The notes beneath the pieces are model-generated. The model was not told the DNA's origin. It was given only the letters and a program-made list of their open reading frames with translations, and did no database searches. Made by a program: the position numbers and the translations under genes. 64,000 nucleotides of DNA, taken from a virus (lineage: Duplodnaviria; Heunggongvirae; Uroviricota; Caudoviricetes). The stretch lies in IMG/VR virus record IMGVR_UViG_3300049460_000121, positions 32,001 to 96,000 of that record. One strand, 5' to 3'. Every line of letters starts with the position of its first letter. The stretch's first letter is position 1. Below are positions 57,959 through 64,000 of the stretch, piece by piece.

Positions 57959-58582
57959 TTACAACGTCTTGCGGGTTGGACTGCCAGGATCCTGCTTGCC
58001 CCGGTCCAGAATCTCTGCGAGAGTCCGGTGGGTGTCGCGGGCGGCATCTTTCTCGTTCTGGTTGAACTTGGCGTCGCCGTGTTCATCCACAATTCCAAGG
58101 TAAGTAACGAAAGTATCTTCGCCCTCTTCACCTTCGGCATGCACACCGTTGTAGATCTCACGGTACATGTCGTGTTCCCGACCGATGCTGTCGCGCTCGT
58201 CGTCTTCGTACAGACCGTCGTACCCATCTGCCTGACCTTTATACCACAGGGCCCGGTAGCGTGGGAACGCCATGACGATTGCGCGGTTACGCGGTTTGGC
58301 ATTCTGGAAGTCGCCCAGGTCCACCAGGGGAAGAATGCGGTCTTCATCCCAGCGTTTACCGAAGCGATCCCGCATACCTTCCACACGATCGCGGATGGAG
58401 CTGAAGTCGAAGTTGTCCAACGCTTCTTTCGCGCGGCCCAGGTACCGTGAAGCAAAGTTCCCAGCCGTGCGCGCGACTTTGTCGATACGATCCCGGAAGA
58501 ACTCCAGGTCGTTACGCGACATCATCCCGTGTGTCGATGCGTGTATCACATCGGCGTCACCGTCGCTCACAATGTACGCCAT
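57959..58582 (-). CDS. conserved core protein (phiKZ gp59/Imp3-like)
   Basis: 207 aa, follows nvRNAP beta'-N; QADGY and DPGSP motifs. Confidence 0.6.
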   Translation of the reverse strand: MAYIVSDGDADVIHASTHGMMSRNDLEFFRDRIDKVARTAGNFASRYLGRAKEALDNFDFSSIRDRVEGMRDRFGKRWDEDRILPLVDLGDFQNAKPRNRAIVMAFPRYRALWYKGQADGYDGLYEDDERDSIGREHDMYREIYNGVHAEGEEGEDTFVTYLGIVDEHGDAKFNQNEKDAARDTHRTLAEILDRGKQDPGSPTRKTL

Positions 58583-58587
58583 GATAG

Positions 58588-60078
58588 TTAACCCTCCAAT
58601 TCAACAGAATAATCTTCACCTTCCTCAAGTCTAGCGTTAATGGTTGACAATACCGGAGCCGGGATCATCGCATGGTCGCTCACTTGGAAAGGTACGTCCA
58701 AGTCCATGATGCCAGTGCTAGGGGCCATCCGATCGAAAGCGCGGGCTGTGAAATTATCCAGCGCCAGTTGACCAGACATGTAGTCGCCGTCGAAGTCGGC
58801 GTTTGGTGCCTTGAGGCAGAGTACCGAGATACTGGTACTCAGTTGGTTCGGATCACGCTTGATGGTTCTGATGTAGAAGCGCTGAGTGGAGCCACGCTTC
58901 AGGGACGGGAATCGCGTGAATGTACACGGTATCCCTTTGCCGCCAGGCGTTTCCGCGATCAACTGATCGAAGATTCGCTCCAGCTTGTGGTGAGTTCGTA
59001 GAACGTTGTCGTAGATGAGGGTGAAGATCTCGTTGGGAGTATAACCTTCTCTACGTAATTTGTTCGCAATGTGAAGTTTTAACGTTAAGACCGCAGTGCC
59101 CCAAGGAATGTCGAGTTCTTCGTGGTTATGCGGCGTGTGTTTGGAAGTGATCACCGTCCGGAAAGTCCAGTGCGGATCCACCCCGTAGGCCAACTTGCGG
59201 AAGATCCCCTTCTTCGGGAAGATCTTGTTCTTTTCGTTCTCCTGATAGTACATCACCAGGTTAGCCAGAGATCGAGCCACGCGGGACTCTACCTGAGACA
59301 TGGAACGTTTGCGGGCACGTTCAGTGTTCGCAATGGACAGCAATGCGTTCAACGCAGGAGCCATTTTCGGATCCGCGTAGATTCTTTCCCCTACGGTCTC
59401 CAGAATGAACCCGATCTTACTCGGGAATGGCAGGTATTTGCAGAACACCACGTTACGGATCATGTCGATAAATCGAAGCATTTCCTTCCCTTCTTTGTCA
59501 GCAAAGAAAGTCCGTGTGCGGCATAAAGCAGTAATGATGGCGTCAAAGTTGTCATGGAACGAGGTCAGACCACGTTTGAAACCCATACGGGTAACGACAG
59601 CTTCAACGGGACAGTCCTCTTTCAAGGCCTGATAAGACGGGTCCAAGAACCAGTCCAGTGCAGAGAATCCATTCTTTAACAGCTTCTTGCGGAGCTGCGT
59701 ATAAACGGTTAGGTTTAGGAATCCAGGGATCCCATCCGGTACGCGTACCCACACCAGAGGTTCAATACTCTGTTCAGTTACGGGCAAGCATTCAAAACCA
59801 CAGTTCGGACACATGCGATGAACCAGGTGCCCACCTTTTGTCTCGCGGCAGGGGCAGGAGGGAACGTTAGAGAACACGTCACCATCGTAGCTACTGTACA
59901 CAAGACGGTTAAACCGGACTCGACCTTCTTCCGTCGACAGGTCAATGTCGTTTGCCAACACTGGCTCGGTACCCAAACGGCGAAACAGATCGTCGTAATC
60001 TACGATGATCGGATAGATGCCCTTACGTCCAATGTACCGGAATCGGGGCTCTGTAATATCGCCTGTAATGAGTTCCAT
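58588..60078 (-). CDS. rpoC: non-virion RNA polymerase beta' N-terminal catalytic subunit (phiKZ gp55-56.1-like), uninterrupted
   Basis: NADFDGD catalytic motif, RFPSL, and CPC...CPNC Zn finger. Confidence 0.95.
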   Translation of the reverse strand: MELITGDITEPRFRYIGRKGIYPIIVDYDDLFRRLGTEPVLANDIDLSTEEGRVRFNRLVYSSYDGDVFSNVPSCPCRETKGGHLVHRMCPNCGFECLPVTEQSIEPLVWVRVPDGIPGFLNLTVYTQLRKKLLKNGFSALDWFLDPSYQALKEDCPVEAVVTRMGFKRGLTSFHDNFDAIITALCRTRTFFADKEGKEMLRFIDMIRNVVFCKYLPFPSKIGFILETVGERIYADPKMAPALNALLSIANTERARKRSMSQVESRVARSLANLVMYYQENEKNKIFPKKGIFRKLAYGVDPHWTFRTVITSKHTPHNHEELDIPWGTAVLTLKLHIANKLRREGYTPNEIFTLIYDNVLRTHHKLERIFDQLIAETPGGKGIPCTFTRFPSLKRGSTQRFYIRTIKRDPNQLSTSISVLCLKAPNADFDGDYMSGQLALDNFTARAFDRMAPSTGIMDLDVPFQVSDHAMIPAPVLSTINARLEEGEDYSVELEG

Positions 60079-60093
60079 ACTTCTCTCCGGTGG

Positions 60094-60137
60094 GACATAA
60101 ATAAAAAATAGAGCAGGAGGGGTTTCCCCCTCCGCTC
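60094..60137 (-). terminator. terminator after the chimallin gene
   Basis: GGAGGGG/CCCCTCC stem then TATTTTTTATTTATGTC. Confidence 0.75.
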
Positions 60138-60163
60138 CAGGTTTACGCTACCACTAAAGGAAC

Positions 60164-62149
60164 TTAGTAGTAGTTGCCACCGCTGTACGGACGGCGACGG
60201 CGATCAGCGCTGTCGTCGGAACGATTGCGGCGAGTACGACCGATTTCGCTGGTTGCGTACTGGCTGTAGCCATCGTGACCGATCGAGCGACGAGTCGACA
60301 GACCATCGTTGGACGAAACGTGCGGAGACATCTTCGCACCATCCAGCGAGTCTTGCAGAGCGATCAGGTAGTCCAGGTCGAAGGCCAGTTGCTCGGCAGT
60401 GCCGGTAACGTGCAGACCAGGAACCACTTTACGCAGGATCGCGTAACGCTCAGCCAGGTTGAACTCGATCGAACGACGGGTGTCTTCGAAAGTAGCCTGG
60501 AAGTCCTGTACCAGGTCCAGGTTCTTCTCGCCAACACGAGTCAGCAACGCAGGGACGTTCCATTCACGGATGTCACGGCGGTTCTGGTTCTCGTCCAACC
60601 AGGTGCCCAGCAGGGTGCGGCTACCGGTAGTGTAGACCGGACGGTAGTCGTTACCCAGGTTACGCTTGGCCAACGCATCGCTGAAGCGATTGCCGGTCAG
60701 AACGTCTGCCGAAGCATGCAGCAGGTCGATCAAGTCGTCCAGCTCGGTGCCAGGCTCTGCGATCGCGATGCGCTCGTAGATGCTCAGTACCCAGGACTTC
60801 TCGCCCGAGGATGGAACGGTCATGCCGAACGCGACGTCAGGCTTGACGGTCAGGTCGAGGTAATCGGCCAGATCGTTGTCGCTGATGTTCGGACCGATGT
60901 CCTTGGCTACGCAGGCAGCTTCTTCGTCCGGGTTCATCAGGAACAGATGGCCCAGGGAAGTCAGAGGCTTGAGACCTTCGGCCAGAGTGGCGCGAGGACG
61001 CAGCATGGTTGCCCAGCGGTAGTCGTTGGACTGTTGCACTGCCTGAGCGATCAGGAGTTGTGCCAGTTCCAGCGAGTACGGGAAGTCGCCCGAGCCAACA
61101 GAGTTGATGTTCAACACTGCTTGCCAGAACGGGCTCTCGGTATCACGACCACGACGGCGACGGCCGCCGAAACGACGCTGTTCGCTTTCGCCCTTCTCGT
61201 CGTAGGAGACGAACATGTCCAGGCCGCAGCGGATGTCGCCCATTTTGGTACGGGAGAACAGGTTGTCTTCGCCGTTCGGCTCGGAGTAGTACAGGTTGGT
61301 GGTCACGTCGCTACGAACAGGCAGACCCGAAGTGTCGATGATCTGCTTGCCGGTGTAGTCGAACGCGATTTCCAGACGGGAGCCTTTACCCATCTTGTCC
61401 GGGCTAACGCGGAACTGCGAGGAACGAGTGCCCGACTTGGCGTCGATCATGTTCTCGCGGAAGCCGCAGATGGCCTCCATCGCGTTATCGTAGATGTGAG
61501 CAACGATCTGCTCCATCTCTTTCTCGGTACGGTGGGTGAAGGTGTCAGCCAGGATAACCTGATTGCCAACCACACGGGCAGTACCGCCAACGGCCGCTTG
61601 AGCCTGATCACGCACGATGTTGATGTACGTTTCGGTCAGGTGATCTTCTGGCAGAACCAGAGCGTCGAAGGTTTCGCCACGCTCAACCAGCGGACGGGTT
61701 TGCACGTCGCCGCTTTGCTCGATCAGCAGGATGTAGGTCAGGGCGTAACGCTCGGCACCGATGGTGGCCGGCAGAACAACCAACAGGCTGGATTGCGAAG
61801 AACGCGCCAGCGAGCCATCCATCGGGATGACCTTGAACAGGTTACGCTTGGTTTCAGCAGGAACGCCAGGCTTGTCGTAAGTCTTGGCGTTCTCGAAGGT
61901 ATTAACCAGCAGAGACAGAACCGCATCGCTCAGGCCGCCCATGGATGGACGAGCTTGGAGGCGGGACATGTCAGCGAAGGTCACCTGAGTTTCGCGGTTT
62001 TCATCGCGACGGCTGCCACGGCTGCCACGGTCGCTGTCGCGGGAATCACGCTCGTCACGGCTACGATCTTCACGCAGTTCGGAACGGGTGTCTTCGCGAC
62101 GCGGCTCTTTAGCATTGTCCGGGGCGTCGGTTACAAAAGTATCGCTCAT
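60164..62149 (-). CDS. chmA: chimallin, major phage nuclear shell protein (ChmA/PhuN, phiKZ gp54-like)
   Basis: 661 aa directly upstream of nvRNAP beta'-N; GLPVRSD, GTWLDE..RRDIR and TGTAEQLAFD motifs; strong codon bias; own promoter and terminator. Confidence 0.85.
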   Translation of the reverse strand: MSDTFVTDAPDNAKEPRREDTRSELREDRSRDERDSRDSDRGSRGSRRDENRETQVTFADMSRLQARPSMGGLSDAVLSLLVNTFENAKTYDKPGVPAETKRNLFKVIPMDGSLARSSQSSLLVVLPATIGAERYALTYILLIEQSGDVQTRPLVERGETFDALVLPEDHLTETYINIVRDQAQAAVGGTARVVGNQVILADTFTHRTEKEMEQIVAHIYDNAMEAICGFRENMIDAKSGTRSSQFRVSPDKMGKGSRLEIAFDYTGKQIIDTSGLPVRSDVTTNLYYSEPNGEDNLFSRTKMGDIRCGLDMFVSYDEKGESEQRRFGGRRRRGRDTESPFWQAVLNINSVGSGDFPYSLELAQLLIAQAVQQSNDYRWATMLRPRATLAEGLKPLTSLGHLFLMNPDEEAACVAKDIGPNISDNDLADYLDLTVKPDVAFGMTVPSSGEKSWVLSIYERIAIAEPGTELDDLIDLLHASADVLTGNRFSDALAKRNLGNDYRPVYTTGSRTLLGTWLDENQNRRDIREWNVPALLTRVGEKNLDLVQDFQATFEDTRRSIEFNLAERYAILRKVVPGLHVTGTAEQLAFDLDYLIALQDSLDGAKMSPHVSSNDGLSTRRSIGHDGYSQYATSEIGRTRRNRSDDSADRRRRPYSGGNYY

Positions 62150-62335
62150 GTTGCATCTCCAGATGTGTATACACGTTTTATTAGCGAGTGGGACTATTCC
62201 CAGAATTCAGTACGATTCCTTCGTATCGCTATTGAAGGTTCCCAGTGGGATTTCTACCGTCGTAGACACTGGGCCTACTCATCCGTTGTACTAGCGGACT
62301 GCGGGTTAACAACAGTTGCGGTCTGTGTCACTAGA
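62150..62335 (-). promoter_or_regulatory. structured 5' leader of chmA
   Basis: nested inverted repeats between the promoter motif and the GGAG SD. Confidence 0.5.
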
Positions 62336-62358
62336 ATAATGTAGGTCTGTGAATTTTT
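62336..62358 (-). promoter_or_regulatory. putative early promoter of chmA
   Basis: minus strand AAAAATTCACAGACCTACATTAT. Confidence 0.65.
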
Positions 62359-62496
62359 ACAACGAGATCCTTCATTCTAGGCAATACCACGATAGACGCA
62401 GCATTGGTGCTTGCCCGGTTGTTACACCAGGCTAGTTATTTTACATACTATACACACGAGTATGTAAACTTTTACATCATTCAATGGATTACTGAA

Positions 62497-63573
62497 ATGC
62501 ACACGAGTTTTAACCGCACCAACGGATTCGATGACAGTCCGTTTCAGTACGCCCGAATGACCTATCTCCAAGGTCGGGTAGCTGAGAACCTCAAGAAGTA
62601 CACGGATCTCAGGCAGCAGGTATCTGGCCGCTTGAATTCCTCACACCTCCTCATGAAGCTCCTGTCCACCCTCACCACTGAATTCCGTGGGGACCTGCTG
62701 AGTTACATCGATCGCGTCACGTCTGATTGTGAACGAATCTGCGGGACCCTCGGGATTACTTCTGCTTATAGTCGTGGTCGTGTTCACAAGGAAGGGCACT
62801 TCTACGACAACTGCCCGGAGATCATTACCTTTGTCCGGTCAGAGAACTGGAACTGGATGGACCTCTGGCGAGATTGGCGAGCAGTATCAGCCATCGAAGT
62901 GTTGGAACACCCGGTGACAGAACTGACCATCTACGAACTGGGCGTCATGAATGAGGCCAGAACTTCGAAGCGTGGACTTGCGGTGGTAAATATCGACATC
63001 CCACTTCTGGCGTGTCAGTGGCGGATGTGGAAAGCCGCTAATCCATTCGACAACAATGAAACCTTCATCACCACCGTACTGCTACCAGGGATGATGAAGA
63101 GCCACCTCGATCAGGTGATGTTCAACAAGATGCTGGTCAAGTGCGGACTCCGTAAGGAATGCTCCGTCAAGACCAACCTCCTGTTCACTCAGACCCCTAC
63201 TGACACCCATGCCGACGAAATCATTGAGGATGCCTACAACAAGACTCTGTCGCGCCGTATGACGGCCAACCAGATACTTGCCAGCATTCCAACTCTTTAT
63301 AGTCGGGACGCGTTGGAAGCAGGTGCGTTCCCCAATGTAACGCCTACCCACCAAATCCTCTGGGCTATACTGACCCAGAAAGAGTCCCGTGCGGCTTTGG
63401 CCATCTATTGGGCAGATAAGGTGGGTGAGGAGAAGATGCTGCCTACGATGATCAAGTTGCGCCGTACGGTAATCCGTGCAGAGCAAGACAAGACGTTCAG
63501 CGCAGGGCAGACTTCTGACAACGCCGCTTGGTTAGAAGACCGGTTTGTCCGTTACGTCTCTTCGAAGCTGTAA
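62497..63573 (+). CDS. conserved core protein (phiKZ gp52-like)
   Basis: divergent from chmA; HLLMKLL, DIPLLACQW and MMKSHLD motifs; likely ATG 62497. Confidence 0.65.
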   Translation: MHTSFNRTNGFDDSPFQYARMTYLQGRVAENLKKYTDLRQQVSGRLNSSHLLMKLLSTLTTEFRGDLLSYIDRVTSDCERICGTLGITSAYSRGRVHKEGHFYDNCPEIITFVRSENWNWMDLWRDWRAVSAIEVLEHPVTELTIYELGVMNEARTSKRGLAVVNIDIPLLACQWRMWKAANPFDNNETFITTVLLPGMMKSHLDQVMFNKMLVKCGLRKECSVKTNLLFTQTPTDTHADEIIEDAYNKTLSRRMTANQILASIPTLYSRDALEAGAFPNVTPTHQILWAILTQKESRAALAIYWADKVGEEKMLPTMIKLRRTVIRAEQDKTFSAGQTSDNAAWLEDRFVRYVSSKL

Positions 63574-64000
63574 TAGCCTGGCCAGAGTGTCCCGAACGAT
63601 TCGCTGTAGTAGCGACCAAAACCGCCAATCTTCTTGGCGGGTTCCAGTAGCCTGGCAGGGACGCCCATGGCTTCGATGATGCCGGTACGGAGTTTAGCGT
63701 AGAAGTCCAGATCTGGAGCGTACATGGCCTTCAGGTCAGGAAGCACGAACGCGCAAGTACCCAGTGGGTCAGGATCAGTTGGGTCTAGTTCGAAGGCCGG
63801 GGTGTGGATATCTTCCAGTTTCCAGATCTTGCCGCCACAATTGATGGCACAGGACTTAACGCCTGGGTCAATACCGATGACGATACCCACGTCACCGGAG
63901 TCTACAGTACTCTCGGAGATGAAACCCAGTTCGTGTAGGCCGTGCTGGTGACGTACCGGCTTTCGGGTTGCTTTACGGGATACGGCGATACCAGGCTCCA
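63552..64000 (-). CDS. hypothetical protein, 5'-truncated by the window edge
   Basis: frame is open from the window end to 63552. Confidence 0.5.
   Translation of the reverse strand, partial: EPGIAVSRKATRKPVRHQHGLHELGFISESTVDSGDVGIVIGIDPGVKSCAINCGGKIWKLEDIHTPAFELDPTDPDPLGTCAFVLPDLKAMYAPDLDFYAKLRTGIIEAMGVPARLLEPAKKIGGFGRYYSESFGTLWPGYYSFEET

Noticed and set aside
62150-62335. tRNA or group I intron in the chmA upstream region
   Set aside because: No T-loop or cloverleaf and no intron core seen; treated as a leader
60275-62344. 689-aa plus-strand ORF, and similar long antisense ORFs (23857..25779, 38319..40157, 16073..17485, 18732..20183, 44144..45517, 6008..7426)
   Set aside because: Shadows of strongly codon-biased genes on the other strand; no motifs or SD seen
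63552-64000. IGIDPG suggests a RuvC or terminase nuclease, and AMGVPARLL a portal fragment
   Set aside because: Only isolated short motifs in a truncated ORF; the remaining catalytic residues were not found
1-64000. Stop-codon reassignment, or the phage nucleus itself as a new system
   Set aside because: Core genes are full length under the standard code; chimallin, PicA and the nvRNAP are already described

Overview
64 kb of a nucleus-forming, phiKZ-like jumbo phage (Chimalliviridae), probably infecting Pseudomonas. All phiKZ gp numbers are recalled from motifs, size and gene order, not from a search. Most genes run on the minus strand. From right to left the window holds: the nuclear-shell and nvRNAP core block (chimallin, nvRNAP beta'-N with NADFDGD, SbcD-like nuclease, ChmC-like protein, gp68-like specificity subunit, PicA/Imp1-like protein, nvRNAP beta-C and beta'-C, SF2 helicase); a virion RNAP beta' middle subunit; the exonuclease half of the split family-B DNA polymerase; baseplate, neck and internal-head genes with S/A/G-X-E maturation sites; and an accessory region with two ATP-grasp ligases, a PL7 alginate lyase, a GNAT, a LigA-OB/Zn-finger-macrodomain fusion and small DnaB-like fragments. 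No tRNA, rRNA, CRISPR array, intron or IS element was recognised. Main hunt results: (1) a candidate programmed -1 frameshift (U UUU UUU) joining a T4 gp26-like chaperone to the next ORF; (2) a bacterial SSB C-terminal tail (DSFDDDIPF) on the ChmC-like protein; (3) shared Arg/Asp/Glu mixed-charge tracts on three shell-block proteins; (4) a structured ~185-nt chimallin leader; (5) a recurrent hairpin+TATGY intergenic signal; (6) a five-copy early promoter motif, one copy overlapping a divergent TATG.
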